Assembly (NCBI GenBank): GCA_964374105.1 | Contig: CAYJXI010000005.1 | Coordinates: forward strand, 12,440-76,439 | DNA: 64,000 nucleotides | From: an uncultured Planctomycetales bacterium | GTDB taxonomy: Bacteria > Omnitrophota > Gorgyraeia > Zapsychrales > JANLHA01 | Reading direction: 5' to 3' | In this document: positions 39,546-49,711 of the stretch, in pieces | Position numbering within the stretch: the first letter of the stretch is position 1 | Layout: each line of letters starts with the position of its first letter | Translations under genes and position numbers: made by a program | The notes under the pieces: generated by a model | Told to the model about the DNA's origin: nothing | Seen by the model: only the letters and a program-made list of their open reading frames with translations | The model's database searches: none

Positions 39546-40265
39546 ATGGAAGAGATTAAATTAGATGTGCAAATTCGCAATGAAATTGGAACACGACATG
39601 TCAAAAGAGTCCGTCGTCAAGAGTTTGTTCCGGGGGTGATCTACGGTCGAAGCCAAAAGTCTACCCCCATTAAAGTGGATCGAAAAATTTTTGAACGTAT
39701 TCGACGTCAGCAGCAGACAGGAAATATCATTTTTCACCTGAATGTAAAGGAAGGCGATAAGTTATTGAAAGATTATTCGGCCATTGTCAAGGAAGAGCAA
39801 CATGATCCGGTAACGGATCGTATTCTGCATATTGATTTTAATAGCATTTCTTTGACGGAAAAGATTGAAGTGAAAGTTGCGGTGGTGGCCAAGGGAGAAC
39901 CTATAGGGGTTAAGGTGGATGGAGGGTCGCTGGAACATGTCCTTTGGGAATTGGATGTCATCTGTCTTCCGACACAGATCCCGCAAAGTATCGAAGTGGA
40001 TGTTAGCCAGCTTAAGATTGCGGACAGCATTCATGTGAAAGATATTCAGTTACCAGAAGGAGTTACTACCAAGCATGATCCCGAAGCTATTATTCTTGCC
40101 GTGGCGGCACCCATGAAAGAGGAAGTTGTGGCCCCAACGGCTGAGCCAGTGGAATTAGAGGTTATTAAAGAAAAGAAAGAGCTTCCTGCTGAGAAGAAAC
40201 CCATTGAAACAGAAGAGAGAAAGGAAGAAAAGAAGGAAGAGAAAAAAGAGAAAAAGGAGAAATAA
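39546..40265 (+). CDS. rplY: 50S ribosomal protein L25 / general stress protein Ctc, with a K/E-rich C-terminal extension
   Basis: 239 aa. The L25 N-domain and beta-barrel domain are recognisable (RGKG..RRLR..G.VPGVIYG). Ends with EKKEEKKEKKEK. Confidence 0.8.
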   Translation: MEEIKLDVQIRNEIGTRHVKRVRRQEFVPGVIYGRSQKSTPIKVDRKIFERIRRQQQTGNIIFHLNVKEGDKLLKDYSAIVKEEQHDPVTDRILHIDFNSISLTEKIEVKVAVVAKGEPIGVKVDGGSLEHVLWELDVICLPTQIPQSIEVDVSQLKIADSIHVKDIQLPEGVTTKHDPEAIILAVAAPMKEEVVAPTAEPVELEVIKEKKELPAEKKPIETEERKEEKKEEKKEKKEK

Positions 40266-40347
40266 GGAAAATTTCCTCGTGCGCCAATTGAGAGTGGGGC
40301 GGAAGGTTTAAGGGAAATTCGCTGATGAAACTTATCTAAAGAGGTCT

Positions 40348-40959
40348 TTGAAAGAGGAGATTTTAGGTTTGCGAGAAATTATGGTTATTGTAGGGTTAGG
40401 AAATCCAGGGAAGGAATATGAATATTCAAGACATAATCTGGGTTTCCAGGTGGTTAGGCATTTAGCCAATGAATTTCATTTAAAATTCGGGAAAGAATCG
40501 TATTGTGAAGGACTGATCGCTAAAGGGGAAATTTCGCAAAGAGATTGTATGTTATTGATGCCTGCGACGTTTATGAATCATTCGGGTCTTGCGGTTAAAC
40601 AAATTGTCAACAGAAACAGCATAGACCTAGATAAGATTTTAGTCGTTTGTGACGATTTCAATTTAGATTTTGGCTTCTTAAGATTACGCAGGCGTGGAAG
40701 TGATGGAGGACACAACGGATTAAGTTCGATCATTGATCATTTGGGATCACAGAATTTTGCTCGTTTAAGATTGGGGATTGGTCAAAAGACCAAGGCCGAT
40801 TTTAATGACAAGGTTACATTTGTGCTGGGGGTATTTGATCAAAAGGAAAAACAGAAACTCAATTCTTTTGTTAAGTTGGCGTCGGATTGTTGCTCAGCAT
40901 GGTTAATTCAAGATTTCGATCAAGTGATAGCTCAGTTCAATAATCGGCAGGTGGAATGA
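40348..40959 (+). CDS. pth: Peptidyl-tRNA hydrolase
   Basis: Contains IVGLGNPG..Y..RHN.GF and the conserved D/H residues. The ORF-track start is TTG 40348. The true start may be TTG 40368 (GAGGAG RBS 8 nt upstream) or ATG 40381. Confidence 0.8.
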   Translation: MKEEILGLREIMVIVGLGNPGKEYEYSRHNLGFQVVRHLANEFHLKFGKESYCEGLIAKGEISQRDCMLLMPATFMNHSGLAVKQIVNRNSIDLDKILVVCDDFNLDFGFLRLRRRGSDGGHNGLSSIIDHLGSQNFARLRLGIGQKTKADFNDKVTFVLGVFDQKEKQKLNSFVKLASDCCSAWLIQDFDQVIAQFNNRQVE

Positions 40960-41015
40960 ACTTTAAGGAGTTGACTTTAAGGGTTGCGTTTTATCTGTTA
41001 ATGAAGGAGTAAAAC

Positions 41016-41303
41016 ATGAACAAATATGAGATGGTGGTCATTGTGGATGCGACCACGCCCCAAGGGGAAAAGGAGACTATTGTGAAAGAAATGACCGATG
41101 CCATCACAAAGTGTGAAGGGAAGGTAATCAACAGTCAGGTGTGGTTGGAAAAACACAAATTTACTTTTCGCATGAGAAGAAGTACCGAAGGAACCTATTA
41201 TTTGATCAATTTTGAGATGTTGCGTTCCACCCTGGCAAAATTGCGACAAATTGTGAAGTTAAATGAGAGGATTTTGCGGTCGTTGATTATTAGAATTGAT
41301 TAA
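41016..41303 (+). CDS. rpsF: 30S ribosomal protein S6
   Basis: 95 aa. MNKYEMVVIVDATTPQGEKETIVKEMTDAI...EGKVINSQVWLEKHKFTFRM parallels canonical S6. Confidence 0.85.
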   Translation: MNKYEMVVIVDATTPQGEKETIVKEMTDAITKCEGKVINSQVWLEKHKFTFRMRRSTEGTYYLINFEMLRSTLAKLRQIVKLNERILRSLIIRID

Positions 41304-41418
41304 TTTTCCTTTTGTGGTAGCTTATATATGTATTTATATTCGTATTTGATATTCGTAAATTCCATTGATTATTGGGGAAGAAAGTTTAGTTAAAACAAAT
41401 ATTGTGAGGGAGGGTAAA

Positions 41419-41877
41419 ATGGCGAATCTGAACAAGGTATTTTTAATCGGCAATTTAACTCGAGATCCTGAATTAAGGTATACCCCAGCTGGGGTGGCAG
41501 TGGCCAATTTGGGTTTGGCGGTCAATCGCAGATTCCGTGATAAATCCGGAGAACTGAAAGAAGATGTCTGTTTTCTTACCGTAACGGTCTGGGATAAACA
41601 GGCCGAGGCTTGCTGCCAATATTTACAAAAGGGAAGTCCCATTTTTGTGGAAGGGGTATTACAATCACGTTCTTGGGAAACCAGTGATGGTCAAAAAAGA
41701 AGCACCATTGACGTCCGTGCCGAACGTGTTCAATTTCTAGGAAAGTTTTCCGCAGATAAACAGACGGAAGAGGTATTTCAGAAGAATACCGATCAGGTCA
41801 TGGATCATGCCCCCGCATCCAGTCCGCAATTGTCAGCAGATACGGTGAGTCCTGCGGATGTGGCTTGGGATGAATAA
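41419..41877 (+). CDS. ssb: Single-stranded DNA-binding protein
   Basis: MANLNKVFLIGNLTRDPELRYTPAGVAVANLGLAVNRRF... OB-fold with an acidic C-terminal tip (DVAWDE). GAGGGAGGG RBS directly upstream of ATG 41419; the ORF track extends upstream spuriously to 41365. Confidence 0.9.
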   Translation: MANLNKVFLIGNLTRDPELRYTPAGVAVANLGLAVNRRFRDKSGELKEDVCFLTVTVWDKQAEACCQYLQKGSPIFVEGVLQSRSWETSDGQKRSTIDVRAERVQFLGKFSADKQTEEVFQKNTDQVMDHAPASSPQLSADTVSPADVAWDE

Positions 41878-41890
41878 TAATCTAGCTCTT

Positions 41891-41975
41891 AAGCTTTCAG
41901 TTATCAGCTTTCAGAAAAAGGATGAAGGAGTTGTTTGTCAACTGAAAACTGAGGGCTGAGAGCTGATAACTTTAG
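41891..41975 (+). promoter_or_regulatory. 16-nt near-perfect inverted repeat, a potential long stem-loop, in the ssb-rpsR intergenic leader
   Basis: AAGCTTTCAGTTATCAGCTTTCAG (41891-41914) versus CTGAGGGCTGAGAGCTGATAACTTTAG (41949-41975). The cores AGTTATCAGCTTTCAG and CTGAGAGCTGATAACT are complementary at 15/16 positions. Possible attenuator or r-protein autoregulatory structure; function not established. Confidence 0.3.
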
Positions 41976-41991
41976 TTTTAAGGAGGGACAA

Positions 41992-42267
41992 TTGTTTCAA
42001 GAACATAGACGAAGAACAGACATAGAGGGTCGCCCTCAAGCGCGCGGGATAAAACCGACTAGAATTATGAAATATCTTATCCCTAAGGATGCGAAGATAG
42101 ATTATAAGAATTTACCTTTAATACAAAAATTCATAACTGATCGTGGGAAGGTTGTTCCACGACGAGTTACAGGGGTTTCTTCAAAAGAACAAAGGGAATT
42201 AGCCAGGGCTCTTAAAAGAGCGCAATTCTTAGCCTTGGTACCAGTGGGGAGTACAAAAAGACGTTGA
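41992..42267 (+). CDS. rpsR: 30S ribosomal protein S18
   Basis: TTG start preceded by an AAGGAGGG RBS. Basic N-terminus (HRRRTD) and conserved core [33 protein letters not shown]. Confidence 0.85.
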   Translation: MFQEHRRRTDIEGRPQARGIKPTRIMKYLIPKDAKIDYKNLPLIQKFITDRGKVVPRRVTGVSSKEQRELARALKRAQFLALVPVGSTKRR

Positions 42268-42414
42268 TCTTTCTTTGGGTCTAAAATTCCCTCCCAAAAT
42301 CCTGTTTTTAACAATTGAGAATTGTTTTGTTAATTCCTAAGAGTATTTTTCTCCGATTTGAGATAAGAAGAGAGGAAATTCTAAAAGTTATTTTTGTCGG
42401 GAGGAGTAAAAATT

Positions 42415-42858
42415 ATGGAAATTATCCTAGGTCAAGATATCCCCAAATTAGGGAAAGTCGGAGATGTGATTAAGGTGAAAGATGGTTATGCCCGCAATTT
42501 TCTTATTCCTAAGAAAATGGCGTACGTGGCTACTCCTGATAATTTAAGGAGAATCGAACGGGAGAGGGTCCAAAAAGTTGCCCAAAACGAAAAGGTTAAA
42601 AAAGAAGCCGAGGCCTTGGCCGAAAAAATAAGCAAGGTCTCTTGTACACTCACTGTGGAAGTCAATGATCTAGAAAAACTTTATGGATCAGTTTCGGAAA
42701 ATGATATTGCCAAAGCTCTCGAGATTGAGGGATTCTCGATCGATAAAAAATCCATTATCCTCGAAAAGCCAATTGAAGAATTAGGCATCTTTGAGGTTAA
42801 GGTTAAAGTTCACCCAGAAGTCATGGCTAAAATTCGAGTATGGGTAGCGAAGAAATAA
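42415..42858 (+). CDS. rplI: 50S ribosomal protein L9
   Basis: MEIILGQDIPKLGKVGDVIKVKDGYARNFLIPKKMA... GGGAGGAG RBS upstream of ATG 42415. Confidence 0.9.
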   Translation: MEIILGQDIPKLGKVGDVIKVKDGYARNFLIPKKMAYVATPDNLRRIERERVQKVAQNEKVKKEAEALAEKISKVSCTLTVEVNDLEKLYGSVSENDIAKALEIEGFSIDKKSIILEKPIEELGIFEVKVKVHPEVMAKIRVWVAKK

Positions 42859-44171
42859 AAATTCCCCCCCAGAATTTAGAGGCAGAACAGTGTGTTCTGG
42901 GGGCCATGCTCATTGATGAAGAGGCCATTGCTTTGGCTCTGGAAATTCTTGATGAAGATTGGTTTTATGAGGAAACCCACCGCAAGATCTATTCTGCCAT
43001 TCTGGATGTTTATAATAACAGAAAAAATGTGGATTTGATCACTCTGACGGATAGACTCAAGAGTGAAGGACTCATGGAAACGGTTGGGGGGGGGGCCTAT
43101 TTATCTCATTTGATTGACATGGTCCCCACTTCTGCCAATGCGGAACATTACGCTGGTATTGTCAAAGAAAAGGGGATTTTAAGAAAGCTTATCAAAAATG
43201 CTACCCAAATTGTGAGTCATTGTTTTGAATCAAAAGGTCATGTTCAGGAAGTCGTTGATAACGCCGAACGACTGATCTTTGAAGTAGCCGATTTAAAACA
43301 TCAGCAAAGCTCCGCACATATCAAAGACCTTGTCAAGAGCAATATTGCCCTCATCGATAATCTTTATCAGCGAAAAGAGCATGTTACGGGATTGGCCACG
43401 GGATTTACGGAATTTGATCGTTTGACTTCTGGATTGCAGGCCTCAGATCTTGTTATTTTGGCGGGACGTCCTTCAATGGGTAAAAGTGCTCTAGCCATCT
43501 CCATGGTTCAACACATTGGGACCGAGTTAAAGAGGGCGATCGCTTTTTTTAGTTTAGAGATGTCGAAAGAACAGCTGGTACAAAGAATGCTGTGTTCCCA
43601 GGCCCGGGTCGATGCCCATAAAGTGAGATCAGGTTATTTATCCCCCTCGGATTGGCCTAAATTAACCTCGGCCGCGGGGAAATTGTCATCCGCTTCCATT
43701 TTTATTGATGATACCCCCGCCATTTCGGCTTTAGAGTTAAGGGCCAAGGCAAGACGTTTGAAAATGCATCATGATATACAATTGTTAGTTTTGGATTATT
43801 TACAAATGATGCAAGGCCACACCCGGAGCGATAGCCGCCAACAAGAAATTTCCGATATCTCTCGAGCCATCAAGGCCCTTGCTCGCGAATTAAAGATTCC
43901 TATTATTGCGTTAAGCCAGTTATCTCGAGCAGTGGAAAGTCGTCAGAATCATCGGCCACAGCTGTCCGACCTACGTGAGTCAGGGGCGATTGAACAGGAT
44001 GCGGATGTGGTTGTCCTTTTAATGAGAGAGGAATATTACAATCCAACGGAGGATAATAAAGGAATTGCCGAAGCCATTATAGCTAAACAACGAAATGGAC
44101 CGGTTGGCACCGTTAAACTCACATTCATTAAAGAATATATGCGATTTGAAAATCTTGCACAACCCGATTGA
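42840..44171 (+). CDS. dnaB: Replicative DNA helicase DnaB
   Basis: 443 aa. N-terminal PPQNLEAEQCVLGAML. Walker A GRPSMGKSALAI. Characteristic motifs, including the SGAIEQDADVV motif. Overlaps the rplI 3' end, completing the rpsF-ssb-rpsR-rplI-dnaB arrangement. Confidence 0.9.
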   Translation: MGSEEIKIPPQNLEAEQCVLGAMLIDEEAIALALEILDEDWFYEETHRKIYSAILDVYNNRKNVDLITLTDRLKSEGLMETVGGGAYLSHLIDMVPTSANAEHYAGIVKEKGILRKLIKNATQIVSHCFESKGHVQEVVDNAERLIFEVADLKHQQSSAHIKDLVKSNIALIDNLYQRKEHVTGLATGFTEFDRLTSGLQASDLVILAGRPSMGKSALAISMVQHIGTELKRAIAFFSLEMSKEQLVQRMLCSQARVDAHKVRSGYLSPSDWPKLTSAAGKLSSASIFIDDTPAISALELRAKARRLKMHHDIQLLVLDYLQMMQGHTRSDSRQQEISDISRAIKALARELKIPIIALSQLSRAVESRQNHRPQLSDLRESGAIEQDADVVVLLMREEYYNPTEDNKGIAEAIIAKQRNGPVGTVKLTFIKEYMRFENLAQPD

Positions 44172-44202
44172 CAGATCCAATGCGAACTTTTATAATCACC
44201 TC

Positions 44203-46527
44203 ATGTTGTTTATAAAAATCATATTGTGTTTCATATGTCAAATCGTTTTTTTGGTATCGACAGTTTTCGCTCAACCCTCTGAAACTGCCCCCTCTTCTTT
44301 CCAAACAGAGAAGAAACTTATTAAGGTTGTAGAAGTTAAGGGAAATAAAACAATTGGTTTATCTGTCATTTTATCCAAAATCAAAACCCGCGTGGGTCAA
44401 GAATGTTTACAGAGTATTATTAGTGATGATTTAAAACGTTTGTATAACACTGGTTATTTCTCGGATGTGAATGTGGATCGACAGGATTATGAGGAAGGTG
44501 TGAAGGTTATCTTTTATGTGACCGAGAAACCACTCGTTGATAAAATCACTTTTTCCAAAACTCGCTATTACAGTGCAAAAGCTCTACTCAAAAAAATCAA
44601 TACCAAATCTGGGAGGTTTCTTGATAATAAAACGTTGAATGATGATGTTCGTAAGATTGAAGAAATTTATGTTAAGAAAGGGTTGACCTTTGCTTCTGTT
44701 AAAGTGGAAACGGAAAAAGATGAACTCACTAATAAAGTCAATGTTCATTTTGTCATTAAAGAAGGGGGACAGATTCGGATCAAGAGAATTAAAATAGAAG
44801 GGAATCAGGCTTTCAAGAATAAAAGGATTCTTAGGATCATTAAGACACGATCCCGTTGGCTTTTCAATTCAGGATTTTTGAAAGAAGAAGTCCTGCAAGA
44901 GGATATGGAGCGCATTAAATCCTTCTATGAGAAAGAAGGTTTTATCGATGCGGCTGCAAATTTTGAATATGAAAATATCAGCGATGTCTATCGTAATGTT
45001 GTCATCCATATCAATGAAGGAAAGAGATATTATGTCGAATCTATTTCTGTCATAGGCAATAAGATACTGGAAAAGGAAAAAATTATTGAGGTTATGAAAG
45101 AGGTCAAAACGGGCGGTATTTTTAGTCGAGAAAAATTAACTGTAGATATATCTAACATTCGTTCTTTATATTTCGATAAAGGTTATATTTTTGCTAATGT
45201 CCGGGAGTCAACCTCACTGAATCCTATGACAGGGAAGGTAGAGATTAAACTTGATATTGAAGAGGGGAGTTTGGCTTACATCAATAAGATTAAGATTCAG
45301 GGGAATGAACGCACTCGGGATATTGTTATCCGTCGAGAATTGCGGTTATACCCCGGGGATCAATTTGATGGTGTAAAACTTAAAAGAACAAAGGAACGAT
45401 TGAATAACTTGGGTTATTTTGAAGATGTCAGTTACGACATAGAAGATACCGACATCCCTGACCGTAAGGATTTAATTGTTCAAGTCAAAGAAGCCAAGAC
45501 CGGTTCCTTAAGCTTTGGGGGAGGGTACAGCACCGTTGATCAGTTCGTGGGTTTTATTGAAATCGAACAGAAAAATTTTGATTTTGCCAACTGGCCGACT
45601 TTTACCGGAGGAGGACAACACTTGGAATTAAGAACTGAGTCCGGTTCAACGCGTAGCAATACCCGTTTGAGTTTCACTGAGCCTTGGCTTTTTGATTACC
45701 CGGTTTCCGGTGGGTTTGATGCCTACATCACTGAGCGAGAAAGAGAGCGAGATGTGGGGTATTCCTTTGATGAAAAAAGGGTGGGGGGTGACGTCCGACT
45801 TGGAAAAGACTTTACGGAACACGTCTCTGGGGGTATCGCCTATCAGATGGAAAATATTGAGATCGATAATTTTGATACCGGTGTTTCGGCAGATTTATTG
45901 GCGGAACAGGGAGAAAATACCATCAGCAGTGTGGGGTTATCCTTGAGCTTCGATTCCAGGGATAGTGTATTTAACCCAACGAGTGGGATATTCTTAAGTC
46001 AGACAACGGATATTGCAGGAGGAATCTTGGGTGGAGATAAGGATTTTGTTCGCTGGACAGGCCGATCCAGTTATTTCCTTCCTTTGAAACTCGATTCTGT
46101 ATTGGAATTTCGGTTGCGAACTGGAATTGTGGATGCCTATGGTGATACAGGAAAGGTTCCCATTTTCGAACGTTTCTATTTGGGTGGCGCTAGGACCATC
46201 CGCGGATACAATGAACGTCAAGTCGGCCCTTTGGATCCTGTGACGGAGGATCCTATCGGTGGGGAGAGTATGCTGGTAGGAAATGTTGAATACTTGATTC
46301 CATTAATTGATTTTGTTAAAATGTCCGCGTTTTTTGATATTGGTAATGTCTGGTCAAAACTCAAAAGTTATGGATCGGGAGGATTTAAGGCAGGGGCGGG
46401 TCTGGGTTTGCGGGTCAAGACCCCGATTGGACCGATCAGTTTGGATTATGGTTATCCCTTAAATGATGAACCTGGGGAAGAAGAACGGTCAGGAAAATTT
46501 TATTTTAGCGTAAGCCGGGGATTCTAG
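44203..46527 (+). CDS. bamA: Outer membrane protein assembly factor BamA
   Basis: Signal peptide MLFIKIILCFICQIVFLVSTVFA from ATG 44203; the ORF track extends upstream to 44095. Repeated POTRA-like modules. C-terminal beta-barrel ending in an aromatic residue (SRGF). Confidence 0.85.
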   Translation: MLFIKIILCFICQIVFLVSTVFAQPSETAPSSFQTEKKLIKVVEVKGNKTIGLSVILSKIKTRVGQECLQSIISDDLKRLYNTGYFSDVNVDRQDYEEGVKVIFYVTEKPLVDKITFSKTRYYSAKALLKKINTKSGRFLDNKTLNDDVRKIEEIYVKKGLTFASVKVETEKDELTNKVNVHFVIKEGGQIRIKRIKIEGNQAFKNKRILRIIKTRSRWLFNSGFLKEEVLQEDMERIKSFYEKEGFIDAAANFEYENISDVYRNVVIHINEGKRYYVESISVIGNKILEKEKIIEVMKEVKTGGIFSREKLTVDISNIRSLYFDKGYIFANVRESTSLNPMTGKVEIKLDIEEGSLAYINKIKIQGNERTRDIVIRRELRLYPGDQFDGVKLKRTKERLNNLGYFEDVSYDIEDTDIPDRKDLIVQVKEAKTGSLSFGGGYSTVDQFVGFIEIEQKNFDFANWPTFTGGGQHLELRTESGSTRSNTRLSFTEPWLFDYPVSGGFDAYITERERERDVGYSFDEKRVGGDVRLGKDFTEHVSGGIAYQMENIEIDNFDTGVSADLLAEQGENTISSVGLSLSFDSRDSVFNPTSGIFLSQTTDIAGGILGGDKDFVRWTGRSSYFLPLKLDSVLEFRLRTGIVDAYGDTGKVPIFERFYLGGARTIRGYNERQVGPLDPVTEDPIGGESMLVGNVEYLIPLIDFVKMSAFFDIGNVWSKLKSYGSGGFKAGAGLGLRVKTPIGPISLDYGYPLNDEPGEEERSGKFYFSVSRGF

Positions 46528-46586
46528 TTTTAAACAAAGTAAAAATTTAACAATCAAAAAGTCAAGAAAAATAAAGGAGGACTATT

Positions 46587-47117
46587 GTGAAAAATCTAAG
46601 ATTAGTGATTTTACTTGTAGGGAGTGTTTTCGTTTTTAATTCATTAGCGCTAGCCCAAACCTCAAATTTAAAAAAGGTTGGATTTTTAGACTTAAGCAAG
46701 ATTTTTGACAGTTATGAAAAAACCAAAGAGTATGATGCAATGCTGGAAGGGAAACACCAAGAATATGTTAAGCAACACAATCAGAAGATGGAAGAAATCA
46801 ATGAGAAGACAGGGAAATTGGCCCTTCTCAAAGATGATGAGAAAAAAAAGATTCAGGATGAAATCGATCAGAAGAAACGGGAACTGGCCGAGTTTGATCA
46901 GGCGGCAAGGACGGATTTGACCAAACAGCGCGACGAAAAAATCAGAGAAATTTTATTGGAAATAGAAAAGATCGTTAGTGATTTTGCCAAGAAAGAGGGT
47001 TATGATATGATATTAAATGATCGTGTTCTTATTTTTGGCAATGAGCAAATGGATGTGTCTGATCAGATATTGAAAGTCTTAAACGAAGATTATAATAAAA
47101 AAGAAGAGAAGAAATAG
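46587..47117 (+). CDS. skp: Periplasmic chaperone Skp (OmpH family)
   Basis: GTG start 6 nt after an AAGGAGG RBS. Signal peptide LVILLVGSVFVFNSLALA. Coiled-coil K/E-rich body typical of OmpH/Skp. Canonical position between bamA and lpxD. Confidence 0.7.
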   Translation: MKNLRLVILLVGSVFVFNSLALAQTSNLKKVGFLDLSKIFDSYEKTKEYDAMLEGKHQEYVKQHNQKMEEINEKTGKLALLKDDEKKKIQDEIDQKKRELAEFDQAARTDLTKQRDEKIREILLEIEKIVSDFAKKEGYDMILNDRVLIFGNEQMDVSDQILKVLNEDYNKKEEKK

Positions 47118-47127
47118 TTCTTAAACA

Positions 47128-48189
47128 ATGATGCCTAAGACTCTCGGAGAGATTGCCGAACTGATTGAAGGGGAATTGATAGGAAATTCAACCCTCGTCA
47201 TTACAGGATTATCGGGAATTAAAGAGGCCCAGCAGGGTGATTTGACCTTTGTTGCTAATTCCAAATATTTCCCATTGGTTGCCAAGACCAAGGCCTCTGC
47301 GATTATTACGCCGAGGGAAATGGATTTAAAAGGATCGACTTCCATCATACGAACCGAGAATCCCTCGCTTGCCTTTGCTAAAGTGGTTTCCTTGATTTTC
47401 GGTCATCCCTCGCCCTTCTCTCAAGGAATTCACAAGAGCGCCATCATTGCCGAAGATGCGGAAATTGGCCCTGGTGTCAACATTGGCCCCTCTACTGTTG
47501 TGGAAGAGAAAGTCAAAATTGGAGCCAATACCACGATCGGCAGTGGTTGTTTCATCGGTCATTTGACCACCATTGGTCGTGACTGCCTCATTTATCCTAA
47601 CATCACTATTCGAGAGAGAATTGCCATTGGAAACCGAGTTATTATTCACAGCGGGACTGTTATTGGATCGGATGGTTTTGGTTTTGTGAATGTCAAGGGG
47701 ATTCATCAAAAAATCCCTCAGATCGGGACGGTGGAAATTCAAGATAATGTAGAAATCGGTGCTAATGTCACGATCGATCGAGCTCGTTTTGACAAAACCA
47801 TCATTGGTCAAGGAACTAAGATCGATAATCTGGTGCAGATTGCTCACAATGTGAGAATCGGAAAGAATTGTATCATTGTTTCCCAAGTTGGTATCTCGGG
47901 AAGTACTGTCCTTGAAGATAACGTGACCTTAGCTGGTCAGGTGGGTTTAACCGGACACATCACAATTGGTGAAGGAGCCGTTGTGGCTTCCCAGTCGGGA
48001 GTGTCCAATTCTGTCCCTCCTTATACAACTGTTTGGGGGTTCCCTGCCAAACCTCATATGCACGCAAAGCGGGTGAATGCCTGTGTGCAGCGATTACCTC
48101 ATTATGTCAAAGTTATTCAAGATTTAAAGAAGCGGATCGAAGGACTTGAGGCAAAACTGAAAGAAGAAAAACCCAAAAGCAAATCTTAA
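47128..48189 (+). CDS. lpxD: UDP-3-O-(3-hydroxyacyl)glucosamine N-acyltransferase
   Basis: 353 aa. N-terminal LpxD domain plus a long left-handed beta-helix with hexapeptide repeats (IGxNVxIGxxxxI...). Confidence 0.85.
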   Translation: MMPKTLGEIAELIEGELIGNSTLVITGLSGIKEAQQGDLTFVANSKYFPLVAKTKASAIITPREMDLKGSTSIIRTENPSLAFAKVVSLIFGHPSPFSQGIHKSAIIAEDAEIGPGVNIGPSTVVEEKVKIGANTTIGSGCFIGHLTTIGRDCLIYPNITIRERIAIGNRVIIHSGTVIGSDGFGFVNVKGIHQKIPQIGTVEIQDNVEIGANVTIDRARFDKTIIGQGTKIDNLVQIAHNVRIGKNCIIVSQVGISGSTVLEDNVTLAGQVGLTGHITIGEGAVVASQSGVSNSVPPYTTVWGFPAKPHMHAKRVNACVQRLPHYVKVIQDLKKRIEGLEAKLKEEKPKSKS

Positions 48190-48227
48190 GGAAATTTTTA
48201 AACTAAAATACACCCCGGGAACTCCCC

Positions 48228-48265
48228 ACACACCCGGTGTTTGTCTTAACAAACACCGGGTGTGT
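48228..48265 (+). terminator. Perfect 17-bp stem-loop (ACACACCCGGTGTTTGT-CTTA-ACAAACACCGGGTGTGT) between lpxD and lpxC/fabZ
   Basis: Seen directly. It lies 39 nt after the lpxD stop and is followed by GTTAATTTGA, only weakly U-rich. It could be an intrinsic terminator, an attenuator or an RNA-stability element. Confidence 0.4.
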
Positions 48266-48313
48266 GTTAATTTGACCTAATTAAAATTTGATAAGAAAAT
48301 CAGCATAAAAACA

Positions 48314-49642
48314 GTGGAATTACAAAAGACTATTAAACAGGAATTGTCAATTAAAGGGGCGGGACTGCATACGGGCTGTCGGGTTACGGTTCGATTGAAA
48401 CCCTCCCCAGAAAATAGCGGGATCAGCTTTATTAGAGTCGATGGCCGCCAGCAATCTGTTATCAAAGCAAGTTACGAAAGTATTCTCATCAACTCAAAAA
48501 TCCCGCGTTGTACTTCGATCGGCAATGGGAAGGTTGTGATTCATACGGTTGAACATCTGATGAGTGTTTTGTATGGATTGGGAATTGATAATGCGATGAT
48601 AGAAATAGATGGGGAGGAATTGCCGGGCCTCGATGGGAGCGGATTGGAATTCTTAAGGGCTATTAAAAAAGTAGGGATTATTGAACAAAGAGCCCCTCGG
48701 CAATACATTGAAATCAAGGAACCCTTGGTTGTCCATGAAGGGGATTCTTCCATTATCATTGTCCCTGATCAGGAGTTAAAAATTTCCTACACCTTGGCCT
48801 ATCAGCATTCTTATTTAAATTCGCAATTTTTTACTGCCACGGTTAATAGTATTACTTATGAACAAGACATTGCCCCCAGTAGAACCTTCTGCCTCGAAGA
48901 AGAAGCACAGTTCCTCCTCTCCCAAGGCCTTGGGAAAGGGGCCAATTATGAAAATACCTTGGTGATTGGCAAGAACGGGGTGATCCAAAATCAACTGCGA
49001 TTCAAGGATGAGTTTGCCAGACATAAGGTTCTGGATTTGATTGGGGATATCTATTTGTTAGGAAAACCGATCCGCGGCTATATCTTTGCTATCAAGAGTG
49101 GTCATTATCTCAACATAGAATTGTTGAAAAAGATATGGCTTCATGATCAGCCTAGTCAGAAAAAGAGTTTTATCCCGGAATACGCCTTGGGGGACAAAAA
49201 AGAATTGGATATCCACCAAATTATGAAAATCTTACCGCACCGTTTCCCATTTTTATTGGTCGATCGGGTGATTGAATTAGAAAAAGCCAAGAGAATTGTC
49301 GGTATTAAAAATGTTACGATCAATGATCCATTTTTTGCAGGACATTTCCCTTCTCGTTCGATCATGCCGGGGGTTTTGATTGTGGAAGCCATCGCTCAGA
49401 CCGCCGGGATTCTGGTGCTTACTGACGAAAATCACCAAGGGAAGGTGGCCTTATTTTTAGGCGCTAACAATATCAAATTTCGGAAGTTGGTCGGACCTGG
49501 AGAACAATTGATCATGACAGTGGAAATGACGAGGGATCGTTCAAAGACGGCTATCCTTTATGGTCAAGCCAAAGTCAATGGAGAAGTTGTGGCAGAGGTT
49601 GATCTGATTTTTTCATTTACAAATGCTTCTTTTCTGGATTGA
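48314..49642 (+). CDS. lpxC/fabZ: Bifunctional UDP-3-O-acyl-N-acetylglucosamine deacetylase / 3-hydroxyacyl-ACP dehydratase (LpxC-FabZ fusion)
   Basis: GTG start. N-terminal roughly 280 aa are LpxC-like ([10 protein letters not shown].....P). C-terminal roughly 150 aa are a FabZ hot-dog domain ([13 protein letters not shown]....G.K....[16 protein letters not shown]). Confidence 0.85.
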   Translation: MELQKTIKQELSIKGAGLHTGCRVTVRLKPSPENSGISFIRVDGRQQSVIKASYESILINSKIPRCTSIGNGKVVIHTVEHLMSVLYGLGIDNAMIEIDGEELPGLDGSGLEFLRAIKKVGIIEQRAPRQYIEIKEPLVVHEGDSSIIIVPDQELKISYTLAYQHSYLNSQFFTATVNSITYEQDIAPSRTFCLEEEAQFLLSQGLGKGANYENTLVIGKNGVIQNQLRFKDEFARHKVLDLIGDIYLLGKPIRGYIFAIKSGHYLNIELLKKIWLHDQPSQKKSFIPEYALGDKKELDIHQIMKILPHRFPFLLVDRVIELEKAKRIVGIKNVTINDPFFAGHFPSRSIMPGVLIVEAIAQTAGILVLTDENHQGKVALFLGANNIKFRKLVGPGEQLIMTVEMTRDRSKTAILYGQAKVNGEVVAEVDLIFSFTNASFLD

Positions 49643-49711
49643 GTCTGATAAAAAATTAGTGTATAATAAAAACCAACTTTTGAAATTATCCTATCAACTT
49701 TTTAAAAACGT

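Noticed and set aside
41330-41360. Direct repeat ATATTCGTA x2 upstream of ssb
   Set aside because: Short AT-rich direct repeat in an AT-rich spacer. Likely chance or part of the promoter. No further support.
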